DNA of 63,944 bases from Eledone cirrhosa (taxonomy: Eukaryota): assembly GCA_964016885.1 (NCBI GenBank), contig OZ024744.1, forward strand, positions 112,282,001 to 112,345,944. The letters run 5' to 3'. The translations under genes and the position numbers were made by a program. Of the stretch, positions 25,287 through 36,914 are shown in pieces; the stretch's first letter is position 1; each line of letters begins with the position of its first letter. The notes beneath the pieces are model-generated. The model ran no database searches. It was not told the DNA's origin and saw only the letters and a list, made by a program, of their open reading frames with translations.

Positions 25287-25803
25287 TTTTTTTTAAATGT
25301 TAGTTTTTTTACCCCAAAAAATTTACCCCCAAAAATTTTTTATTAACTATTTCGCCTAAAAGCGAGACTGACCAGATCAAAATTTGACCTGGCAGTCCCT
25401 CTACAAATTGGTATAAAAATGAAGGTTCACAGTTAGAAATTTCTATAGAAATTTAGGCAGAACTTACCCAGCAAGTTTCACGCGTGTGTCCATCCCAGAG
25501 ATAGCTAGCTATCTATCTGTCTGTCTCTATCTAACTAGAGAGACAGACAGATAGCTAGATAGAGAGGGAGGAAGGGAGACATCTAGCTAACTGGAGAGAG
25601 ATAGCTAGCTCAACAGATAGACAGCTAGATAGATAGATAGGGAGATGGCTAGCTAACTAGACAAAAAGGGTAAAGAAGGTTGGATTAAAACAACTGTTCC
25701 TCTGTGTTAAAGACCTATTAAATGCCATTACAGTCTCTTAGTTGCAGCAGGGAATATTTTCCTCTTATTTCTCCACCGAACCCTTCTCGTTTTGTTTCTA
25801 TAG

Positions 25804-25836
25804 TCCTTGGAAGCAGTGTGTGTTGTGTGACAAATG
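25804..25836 (+). CDS. Candidate 33-nt host microexon encoding PWKQCVLCDKW (zf-CW/PHD-like W-x-Q-C-x-x-C-x-K-W)
   Basis: Long pyrimidine tract ending tttgtttctatAG, donor TG|gtcagt, length divisible by 3, located in non-repeat sequence. Confidence 0.3.
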
Positions 25837-25924
25837 GTCAGTAACTGATCCGGTCAAGCATAAAGCATAGAATATGTGTTGGTTGGTGTGTAGCAGTGAC
25901 AGAGTCAGTGTTGTAATAGGCTGA

Positions 25925-26460
25925 GAAAGAGGAGAGAGAGAGGGGGGAGGAGAGAGAGAGGAGGGAGGAATGGGGAGAGAGAGAGAGAGAGAGGAGGGGA
26001 ATGGGGAGAGAGAGGAGAGGAGGATGAGAGAGAGAGGAGAGGAGGAATGAGAAGAGGGGGGAGATAGAGGAGGGTGGAATGAGGAGAGAGAAAGGGAGAG
26101 AGGGGGAGAGAAAGGGAGAGAGAGGAGGGAGGAATGGGGAGAGAGAGAGAAAGAGAGGGGGAGTGGGGAATGGGGAGAGAGAGGAGAGGAGGATGAGAGA
26201 GAGGAGGGAGGAATGAGAAGAGAGGGGGAGATAGAGGAGGGAGGAATGAGAAGAGAGGGGGAGATAGAGGAGGGTGGAATGAGGAGAGAGAAAGGGAGAG
26301 AAAGGGAGAGAGGGGGAGAGAGAGAGGGGGAGAGAGAGAGGGAAAGAGAGGGGGAGAGAGAGGGGGAGAGAGAGGGGGAGAGAGAGGGAGAGAGAGGGTG
26401 AGAGAGAGGGGGGAGAGAGAGAGGGAGAGAGAGGGGGAGAGAGAGAGGGAGAGAGAGAGA
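25925..26460. repeat. Polypurine (GA-rich) degenerate repeat tract
   Basis: Almost exclusively G and A on the plus strand. Confidence 0.95.
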
Positions 26461-26550
26461 GCAGTAGAAGACGAAAGAAAGACATTTTACATCAGGAATT
26501 TATTGACCTGTTGTTATGGTTGTCACTTCATTCATGTGTTTTATTATATA

Positions 26551-26935
26551 TCATCATCATCACCATTTTACGTCCGTTCTTCCACGCTAGCATGGGTTAG
26601 ACGAGTTGTTCTGTTGTGGGCAGTGTCCAGTCAGCTGACCTTGTCTTGCTCATACAGGGACTGATTCTGGCTTGATTTCTACAGCTGGATGCCCTTCCTA
26701 ACACCAACCTCATTTACAGTGAGTGCTGGGTGCTTTTTTGCCGTGGCCCCTCCACGACCACTTTGCAGTGGAATGATAGGGACCCCAGTCCCTATCATCT
26801 AATTTCTACAGCTGAGTAAACTGGAGCAATGTGAAATAAAGTGTCTTTCTCAAGGAAACAACACATCACCCGGTCTGAGAATTGAACTCACAACCTTTCG
26901 ATTGCAAGCCCAATGCTCTAACCACTAAGCCATGT
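26551..26935 (-). mobile_element. SINE family A, tail type 1
   Basis: Reverse-complement match to 8126-8529. Confidence 0.88.
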
Positions 26936-27810
26936 ATATATAATTATCATCATTACTGATTAACGCCTATTTTCAATATAAAAAAAACAAGCTAGAATGA
27001 ATTGGGTGTTAATATAAAATAAAATAAAATATAGGTACAGGCATGTCGGCGTGGTTTCGGGCTCAGTCCAAATGCATAATAACTTCGGTAAATATCTTCT
27101 ACGATGTGAAAGAAATTGGGTGAATAGAAACAGTATGGAAACCCACCATGCATATATCTGTTCCTATTACATGCTGTAAAGTGGCTGACATTAGGAAGGG
27201 CATCTAGCTGTTGAAACTATGTCAAAATGGAACATAGGAGCAAGACTGGTCTAGCCTCAATGTGATAACCCATTTAATCCATGCAACTATTGAAATTGAG
27301 ACTTTAAACAGTGATGCTGATGATATGTGTTTGTATTTAAGTATGTGTCTGTGTGTCCACATCAAGGTTTATGCTTGTTTCTGAGTTAATGCTCCGTAAC
27401 TCAGCAGTTCCACATAAAGAGATTGATAAAACAAGTACCAGACTTAAAAAAAGAAATAAATAAATACTGGATAAATATAGATTAAATCTATCCAAGGCAG
27501 TGTTCCAGCATGGCCACCGAGACAGTAAAAAAGTAAAAGAATGTTAGAAAAAAAATGTCTAATGTTCCATACCCCCAAAATTCTTTACCAAAAATGGTAT
27601 AAATTATTTTATTTTGTCTATTTTAATTTCTCTTGTAGTTTATACTTTACTGTTGCCCAATACGATCAAATGAAGGAGTCAATAGGTGGTCGTTATGAGC
27701 TGCTAGAAAAGAAATTGGCAGCTAAATTTTCTTAAATCTTTTTGTTACCAATTTTGTTACCAATTTTCTTAAATCTTTTTGTTGCCAATTTAAAAATATT
27801 GTTGTTTATA

Positions 27811-28334
27811 TTAACCCTTCCATGACCATATTTCTAATAAAATACATGCCATTCCAATTAATGCTATCTCCACCATATTTAATATAACATAAATCTGTGT
27901 CAGTGGTGGAGTTAAATCATATTTTTGAAAGAGTTACTATGTTGCTAAAACTAAAATAAATCTATTGCATATACCACCACCGTAAATGAAACTTAAGGGT
28001 CAGTCTGCCTCGTGGTTTTGGCTGAGAGGATGGTAAGGGAAACACACTGAAACAGCCACTCCTACTCATGGGGCTCGACCTTGCAGGTAGCCAACTCCAC
28101 CCCAAAAGCAGTAAGTAGGGATGTAATCTGGAAACCAAGAACACTAGAAGTCTCCACTGTCATAGGCTCTAAAATTTTTAATTATTTAATTACTAAGACA
28201 GTAACATAACATATGGTTCTTATATAAAATTGATGTTTGGAAGATTTTAATTTAAATAGGAACCTTTTAAAATAAGTAGTTTCATTTCATAGAATTAGAG
28301 AGAGTTTTGGGTGGATTGGTATCAAAAAGGTTAA
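27811..28334. mobile_element. Decayed TTAA-flanked piggyBac-like MITE
   Basis: ttaa-ccctt..aaaagg-ttaa ends; related ends at ~18165-18190, ~28362 and ~29884. Confidence 0.45.
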
Positions 28335-28509
28335 AACATTGTTCAATTCAATTTTAGAATGAACCCTTTTGAAACCACCCCTGGTTCTCTGGCATAAGAC
28401 TGCTCATTTTAGAGAGTTCAAATTAAAATTAAAATCTTCCATCTTAACTTTATGTAATAAACTTTTTGTTAAATTATGTTCCAAACATCAACTTACTAAT
28501 GAAAAAGTT

Positions 28510-29690
28510 CTTCACCCACTTATTCCTGTGACGGCTCATGGGGGCAGAGTCCTCAAACACTCCTTCCAGAAGGTCTTGTCAGAAACAACATCTCCAGCTG
28601 GTCTGACTGGATCCCCAAGCGAGACCAGCCAAGCTCATGGATGTTATCCAACCATCTTGCTTGGGGGTACTCCTGGGTCTCCTGTCAGTTGGTTTTGCCC
28701 GTAAAATCTGTCCAGTGATTCTTTCTTGAGACATTCTAACCACATACCCATAGTATCGGAGCTGTGGTCTCTCAATTCAGAGAAGTAGCAGCTCAACCTG
28801 GAATGGTTCCCTGATCTCTGAGCTACGCACTCTATTAAGAAACGTTACCCCAAAAACCCTTTGGAGGAACCCCATTTCGGCCATTTATATTCGCGATCAT
28901 ATTCTTTCAGTCATTACCCAAGATCATGACCATAGGTAAGGGTTGGCACAAATACTGAATTGAAGGTAGTGAGTTTGTCTTTTACACCTACCTCCCTTCT
29001 TCTGACTACTGAATGCTGAAGCTGTTCATTACTACACCAGCTCCTGCAATTCTTGCACTTAATTCAGCCTCCTGCCTTCCATCACTCGTGAACATGGCCC
29101 CGAGATACTTCAACTTCTCTACCTGCTTCAGTGGAACTCCATTTACATGTAAAGTGCACTGCGCAGGGTTCCTTGAGAGGATGAGTGTCTCAGTTTTCAC
29201 AGTACTGATTTTCATTCCAGCCATGCAACACTCGGCATCAAACCTATCGAGTGCAAGTCAGAGATCATCTTCTGTCATATTAAGTAACTACAAATTCCAA
29301 CTGACTGATTTTACACCCGCCAGTCATGATACCACTTCCAACTTGGCTGCACATGTCAATCCTGCTCAGGTGACAGTACACACTCTTGGCGGACATCGAC
29401 TCCAATATTGAATGGTTTCAGTTTAACACCATTTATGCCAACACAAATACTCGAGTATTCGTATAGAGACATCAGGGCAGCAAGAAGCTGACCATCAATC
29501 CCATACTCCTTCACAGCCTTCCACAGTAGGTCCGGAAAAGTGTGGTTGTATGCCTTTTAAATGTCGACAAAACAAGAATATACATCTTGGCAATACTCCC
29601 CCGATTTCTCGAATTCCTGCTGCAGTGTGAATATTTGGTTAGCTCTGCTGTGTCCAGGGATTATCACTCCCAATTGCCAATGCTTAGGTG
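28510..29690 (-). mobile_element. RTE LINE fragment with internal deletions; holds the single-copy satellite monomer
   Basis: EYGIDGQLLAALMSLY..VRQECVLS, QVEKLKYLGAMFTSDG, PTLTYGH; 28717-28781 matches the 65-bp monomer. Confidence 0.88.
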
Positions 29691-30969
29691 TCTTTCCAGA
29701 GATCCAGCCACTTGGCACACAAGAGTCAGCCAGAGAATATCTTTTCTATTTAAGGCTTTTAACATCTTGGGATGGATTTCATAAAAAAGTTCCATAAATA
29801 AATTCCTCCAAATGTTTTGTTATTTTTGTAATTGAAAGACATATAATGTGTATTTAGTTAGACATACCGTAACAAAAAGGTTGAATCAAATGTCTACTCC
29901 CTTAAATAATAAAAAAAAAAGAAAGAAAGTAAATGATATGTAATACAACATTCTTATATCTAGTATCAGATATATGATACTGTAGAGAAATAAAAAATAG
30001 TAAAATAGAATTAAAAACAATACACCAGGACAAGATAATTGCTGTATGTTGGAATGCCTTTGATTTATAGATTCACTTCTTGATTAAGGCTGACCTGGAG
30101 ATAAACAACATCATCATCAATCTATTTTTATTGACCAGGATGTACTTTAGTGTATAGTGTGAACTTTCTGAAGATAAACAAAGGGTACTTCAATAATATT
30201 GATTTCTTTCTTAAATAATGTACTTCAATATTATTATTTTACTCTTTTCTTCTTATACTGGTTTCAGTCTTTAGACAACGACCATGCTGGAGTACAGCCT
30301 TACTTACAGTGCTTATCTTTTTAAAAACCTGGTATATATTTTATCAATCAAACACACACCCACAACAGGCTTCTACGTTTTCCATCTACCAAATTCCACT
30401 CACAAGACATTGGTCACCAAAAGGCTACAGTAGAAGACACTTGTTCAAAGTAGCACAAAGTGGGACTGAGCCTCAAACCATGTGTTTACAAGACAAACCT
30501 TTTAAATCCACTTCCATGTCTGTATGTAACTCCTGATGAAGTTGTAGTGGTCCCGTAGTGATATACAGCATGTCTTGGGCATTTTAAACCTGGCAGAGCC
30601 CACCATCTCCTCTCCCGTTTTAAACACAATCAATTTGAGAGAGAGAGAGGGGGGAACGGGGTAGAAAGGAAGCGATACAGAGATATAGAGGAAGAATTGA
30701 ACCCCAGTACTAAACTGGTACTTTATCGATCTCAAAAGGATGAAAGGCAAAGTTGACCCCAGTGGGTTCTGAACTCAGAACTGAAATAAATACCACAAAA
30801 CATTCTATCCAATATTCTAATGACTGCAAATTTGCTATCATCTGTACTTATATAAGTATTCACATTTATATTATTTGTTCTGACTTATCACATTCTGAGT
30901 TTAAATTCCATCAAAGTTAACTTACCTTTCATCCTTCCGGGATGATAAAATAAATAAAATAAAAATATA

Positions 30970-31400
30970 TTGGTGTTCAGTACTATACGAACATGCCAGA
31001 CAAAGACATGATGGTAATATAGACAATATAGAAATTAAAATAATATCTAAACATAGAAATGACTCAACAGATAGACAAATCAGAGAAGCAACTGAGTTAG
31101 GGCTTAGAAGACCAAAGTTGAACAGAAAGAACGAATGGAATAACAACAACAACCATACCCAAACAAACAATACTAACCTAAGGGAAATATAAATAAATAA
31201 ATATATACACAAGTGCAATAACAACAAACACATATAAACACACACTAGTGAACAATGATAGAATACAAAAACACATACATTCAAACGCGAACACACACAC
31301 CAAATATACACACATAAACGCATGCACAGAGACAGAGACAAGAATAAATAAATAAATTAATTAAATTAAATAACGGGAAACATATTGATACACTGAAACA
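30970..31400 (+). mobile_element. Truncated Penelope-like 3' fragment (GIY-YIG C-terminus and UTR)
   Basis: Colinear with ~35190-35640. Confidence 0.8.
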
Positions 31401-31703
31401 GAATGTAAGGTTAAGGGGTAAAAATAAATACATATATATATATTTTATTTTATTTTATATTTTCTTAATTTATTTCAGCCTCCCTTTCAATTGTAATTGC
31501 CTTTATTTTTAAATTCATATCTTATATTCATATTAACATTTTCCTTTCTGATTAACGATTTTAGAGGTCTCTGTTAAGCTTGCCTGTCTTCGCGAAACCT
31601 TTGGTAAATAGAATAATTGTATTGTGTTGTTTATTACATAATTAAATAGCTCTGTAGCATACATAGAGCACTCTCCTTTCCTTTACCCTTCCTACGGAAA
31701 TAC

Positions 31704-31748
<45 letters not shown>

Positions 31749-31890
31749 AGTTCAATAAGCAAAGAGTTATTTAATTTGTTGGTTATTCAACAAATTTATT
31801 TATAACAGATTCGAACCACTCTACAAAATTCATCTGGAGTATAATATCAATAATATTAATAAATGGAAGCTATCTTTATAAAACCATATT

Positions 31891-31952
31891 TATTTTATTA
31901 TATATATTTCAAGGGTATCAAAATTTTTGGTACACTCTCATCAGATAAAATA
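31891..31952 (-). ncRNA. Type I hammerhead ribozyme (left-arm copy)
   Basis: Reverse complement of the 32062-32123 motif with a few stem II changes. Confidence 0.65.
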
Positions 31953-32061
31953 CAAAAGTTGTTTTATAGATAGTGACATATCCCAAAACAAGAACTAAAA
32001 CAGAACTTAAAACGATAAGTTCTTGTTTTGGGATATGTCACTATCTATAAAACAACTTTTG

Positions 32062-32123
32062 TATTTTATCTGATGAGAGAGTACCAAAAATGTTGGTACC
32101 CTTGAAATATATATAATAAAATA
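32062..32123 (+). ncRNA. Type I hammerhead ribozyme (right-arm copy)
   Basis: TATTTTAT-CTGATGA-gagagtaccaa aaatg ttggtaccctt-GAAA-tatata-TA-ATAAAATA; 8-bp stem I. Confidence 0.72.
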
Positions 32124-32526
32124 AATATGGTTTTATAAAGATAGCTTCCATTTATTAATATTGTTTATAAAGTATAATATATAGAATGAAGACGCAGTAG
32201 AGGAAGACCATGAAAAACATGGGCGGAGGTGGTGAGAGCAGACCTCAGATCGCTGAAGCTCACAGAGGAGATGATGAAGGACCGTGACAAGTGAAGAGAT
32301 GCTGTGCTGAATAGGACCCGTCCCACCCTTGCAATATATATATATATATATATATAAAGTAGAATCATCATCATCATCATATATATATATATATATTAAA
32401 GCTCTACGGTTCTTATATATCTGAGATATATTTATCCTTATCGAGCTCTCTTTGGATTTTATTTAGTCTTCAAATTTATTATTATTACTATATATATATG
32501 TGAGCAAGACGTTGATGATGATTGAG

Positions 32527-33003
<477 letters not shown>

Positions 33004-33143
33004 GTATATATATGAGAGGTTGGACTGCTATTTCTAGTGGATGAGAACCCTTTCATGTCGTTTCAGGTGCTAAATTCATATATCGATACCATGTACGTTT
33101 GGTCACTTTCAACCTGTATTGAAGGGATTGAGTAATTTTGAAA

Positions 33144-33234
33144 TTCCCTCACTGATGATCCATTGCAAAACACCTAATTTCGCCATTATTTGGTGAAATA
33201 TATTCTGATTTTGTGGAGAATACATATGAGGGAA
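33144..33234 (+). ncRNA. Hammerhead-like motif with extended stem II and one core A missing
   Basis: TTCCCTCA-CTGATGA-tcca..caaaa..cacc..ggtg..ttttg tgga-GAA-tacaTA-TGAGGGAA; 8-bp stem I. Confidence 0.55.
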
Positions 33235-33528
33235 ATATATTGATCGTTATCAAGTATTTTGTTTTAATTTTTTAATTAAATTTAATAAGTTACTCAACGA
33301 ATTATGTAATCTTACATTCAGTGCAGATTGTTTCTAGTTTAAGTTTTCATATATCTTAATGCACACTTTGTGTGTATGAATATATTTCATTAACTTTCTT
33401 ATGATTAAGGCTAGATTTTATGCTCTGAATTCTCTCTGTAGCTGATTTTTTAGACAAGACATATGTTTGATTTTGTATCATTCATGACACCTTTTACTTT
33501 GAAAGTAATAATAATAATATATATGTTA

Positions 33529-33562
<34 letters not shown>

Positions 33563-33699
33563 TTATATATATATCTGGTCCCACCCTTGCAAGCAGGGAA
33601 AAGCGGACGTAAAATGATGAGGATATATATACTGCATAATAGGCAGTATGGATGTAGTGTCACTGTACCCATCCATTAACACTGTTTTTGCAGTGTAAA

Positions 33700-35700
33700 A
33701 ATGTGTGGAAATAATCAGTGAGAGTGAGGTGGAGTTCTGCGACGTCGACACAGATGAACTGGGCCTCCTACTTAGACTTACTTATGACACCGACTACCTA
33801 GATAACCATGACCGTAGCCGTTTCTGCTCCAGTAGACCCATAAGAGGTAGACCCCCCTCCCTAACATAAACTCAATGGCAAAAAAGACTCCCGTGGGAAG
33901 GTGGATTGGGTGGACCAAAGCCATATACAGGCACCCCAAAACAATGACCAGGTAAGAAAAATGGTTGCACATGCAATAGGGGCTAGTATTAAAACTACCC
34001 TAAAGGGCCATATATTCAAATTCAATGAAAAGATCTACACCCAAAATGAGGGAGCAGCCATTGGCGTCAGCATAGCTGGTGATGTTGCCAATCTATTTAT
34101 GATATGGTGGGAAAGGAGACTCAAAGATCTCCTTAAAGAGAGCTCCATAAACCTCGTCATGTACTCTCGTTACGTAGACGATATTAATATAGTAATAAGG
34201 ACACCCCCACAAGAGAGTACTAATAAACATGATATAGAAGATAGCACAATGAAAAGCATCTAGCAGATAGCTAACTCCATACACCAGAGTGTAACTGTAA
34301 CTATTGACTACCCTTCCAAATACCCTAACAATAGACTACCTGTATTAGATACGGAACTCTGGATTAACACTATATATGAGAGGGCCCAAATTCACTCACA
34401 TTATGCTAAACCCATGGCCTCCAAATACCCGATACTCAAAAACTCAGCAATGTCCAATAGTGCTAAGTTTAATATTCTGATCGCAGACTTGGTAAGAGTG
34501 ATGAAGAATGTGTCCCACATGTGGCGACCCAACAGAAATGGAAGGACACATCCAACACTTCATCAACTGTATGTAGTTCTCTGGCTACAACCAAAGAGAC
34601 AGAATCAGAGTATACAAAGGAGCCACGGAGAAGTATAAGATCCTCATAGAACTGGACATGAAAGGAATTTGCCCGTTATACAGGAGTAAATCATGGAATA
34701 GCTTAGATAGGACTAGACATAAGATAGGGAAAGCCACCTCATGGAACGACAACCAGAGATACCAGAGTGTCATGTTCATGGATGCTACCCCTGGAGGGAA
34801 ATTAGCTAACCTGTGTAGAAAGGCCCTAAGGAAGACCCACTTAAAGATTAAAGTGGTAGAAAAGCCAGTAACTACCATAAAATTGCTGATCAGCAAAACA
34901 TACCCCTTGTACTAATAAGAAATGTATTATATGTAAAGCGAACCCCCAGATAAACTGTAAAATCCCTGAATAGCAAGACATACCCCTTTAAGAAAACCCA
35001 CTGTACAAATAAGAAATGTGTTATATGTAGAATGAACCCCCAGGTAAATTGTAAAACTAGAAATGTAGTCTATAGCATAAGATGTACAGAGGGTACTTGC
35101 AGAAACATGACAACGACATACATAGGTGAGACAGCCCGAAGCATAGGAGAAAGAATAGACCAACACTGGGGGGAACTAAAAGGATAAAAAATGGTTCAGT
35201 ACTACATGAACACACCAGACAACAACATGACGGTAATATAGACAACATAGAAATTAAAATACTAACTAAACATAGAAATGACTCAACAGGAAGGCAAATC
35301 AGAGAAGCAACTGAGATGGAACTAAAAAGACTAAAGTTAAACAGAAAAAATGAATGGAATAACAACAACCACCACCATACCCAAACAAACAATACTGACT
35401 TAAGGGAAATATAAATAAATAAATATAAATATATACACAAGTACAATAACAACAAACACATATAAACACACACTAGTAAACTAAGATAGAATACAATAAC
35501 CAAAACACAGTCACCCAAACGCGAACACACACCAAACATTATACATACACACAAACGCATGCACAGAGATGAAGACAAAAATAAATAAATAAATAAATAA
35601 AATAAAAATGGCGTAGACATACAATACAACAGGAGGAAACATAATAGTATCACTGATGATGTTGCAGATGTGCAACGAAAGAACTTTGTTAGACTATACA
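33700..35700 (+). mobile_element. Penelope-like element, 5'-truncated: RT, Cys-rich linker, GIY-YIG endonuclease, 3' pLTR
   Basis: FKFNEKIYTQNEGAAIG..VANLFM..YSRYVDDI, LPVLDTELW, YAKPMAS; from ~35059 RNVVYSIRC..TYIGETARSIGERIDQH..RQIREA..LNRKNEW; stops and frameshifts present. Confidence 0.92.
35644..35697 (+). ncRNA. Hammerhead ribozyme motif at the Penelope 3' end
   Basis: atagtatca-CTGATGA-t-GTTGCA gatg TGCAAC-GAAA-gaactt-tgttagactat; perfect 6-bp stem II, interrupted stem I. Confidence 0.7.
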
Positions 35701-35852
35701 TATATATATTTATATCTGTATTTTTAACTGTTGGTCAATCAATGATAAACATTGATGGCCAAATAAATTAACTATGGAGATATAAAAGATACAGAAGTAA
35801 AAACCAACCAAACAGTCAGTGTGTTCTGTTATTATTTCTGGCAATATTACAA

Positions 35853-35967
35853 CAATATGACCCTCCCCAAGTATAACAATATTTGTTTCGACACACGATT
35901 TCATATCAAAATCCTTGCAAAACAAATTCATCGCCGTTATGTATATATATATGTATGTATATATGTA

Positions 35968-36005
<38 letters not shown>

Positions 36006-36093
36006 CTCCGTTTTTGAATTCATTTTGCAAGATTTCTTATCTGAAAACTTTTGTTGAAACAGATCTTGTTATACTTTGGGAGGGTCATATTGT
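35853..36093. repeat. Diverged inverted pair of pLTR-like repeats around a (TA)n tract
   Basis: acaatatgaccctccccaagtataacaa versus ttgttatactttgggagggtcatattgt. Confidence 0.7.
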
Positions 36094-36223
36094 CAATAAA
36101 AACACATGCACCTGTTGGTTTTCACAATATATATATATTGTTCAATCATATGCAATACTTGATTATCTCTTCCACTTCTTCTATATACACATATACATAT
36201 GCATATATATACATATATATATA

Positions 36224-36345
36224 TTAATATAGAAATGGCTTCTACAGGACTAGAACTGTTTCATTCAGATGAAATCATAGGAAAGCCCTGATGATTTCAT
36301 CTGAATGAAACAATTCTAGTCCTGTTGAATCCTTTTCTATATTAA
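36224..36345. repeat. 122-bp palindrome with a hammerhead-like core at 36288-36325
   Basis: ttaatatagaaa..caggactagaactgtttcattcagatgaaatcat / atgatttcatctgaatgaaacaattctagtcctg..tttctatattaa; internally deleted copy at ~38811-38890. Confidence 0.8.
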
Positions 36346-36572
36346 AATACTTTTACTCTGCTATGTATTGAGTACCCTACTTACTGTGGTTATCCCCGAC
36401 TCAACCCGGGACCTACGTATATATATATATATATATAAATAGAAAAGAATGAAACGAAATTTCATTTCTCACTCTTAGTACGGCTGATACTTAAATGTAA
36501 CCGAGCATTATAATAAATGTTCGGTAAACCCATACGAACATATATATATGTGTGCATGTATGTATATATATA

Positions 36573-36914
36573 CCCTGATGGTATCCAATGATGTTGACTT
36601 GTTCTTCTTTTTGGTAAATATCATCTTGGTTAAGAGAGTGGGACTGGCTTTGTGCAGTGCCTTTGCTCACTATAAAAGCTTCACGGCACAGGCATTGCTT
36701 TATATCTGGAGATCTCTCTGCACTTGTCGTCACATGGTACCATGGGCCCAGCACTATGTGTCAGTAATTGTCACAAGTGTAGTGTTTGTACCAGAGTTTT
36801 CAAGTCGCTGGCTGGACTAAAAAGTCACACTCGTTCAGCGCATCGGTAAGGGTTCTCCTACATGGATATATATAAAGTAGTGGCCGTACTCGAAAACGAG
36901 TTGGCAGCCACCAT
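36573..36914 (+). mobile_element. 5'-truncated copy of the bipartite RTE derivative
   Basis: Near-identical to 7786-8124. Confidence 0.85.

Larger units (their letters stand above)
19762..25496 (-). mobile_element. Full-length Tx1-clade (L1 group) non-LTR retrotransposon, inactivated
   Basis: ORF1 with zinc knuckle; ORF2 with APE, RT and C-terminal CPRC..ET..H.F..C; 3' UTR with AATAAA; both flanks are degenerate GATA/GACA/GCTA repeats. Confidence 0.93.
31852..32162. repeat. Foldback with ~145-bp arms, each carrying a hammerhead
   Basis: Arms 31852-31996 and 32018-32162 are near-perfect reverse complements. Confidence 0.92.

Noticed and set aside
27995-28076. HDV-like ribozyme around tgcctcgt
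   Set aside because: L3-like and P4-like parts are present but the 5' strands of P1 and P2 were not found
31548-31612. Hammerhead-like ctgatta..cgaaacctttggta, and similar remnants at ~1568, ~7495, ~9306, ~17135-17200 and ~38195-38230
   Set aside because: Core mutated or truncated and stem I weak; probably decayed pLTR ribozymes but not supportable individually
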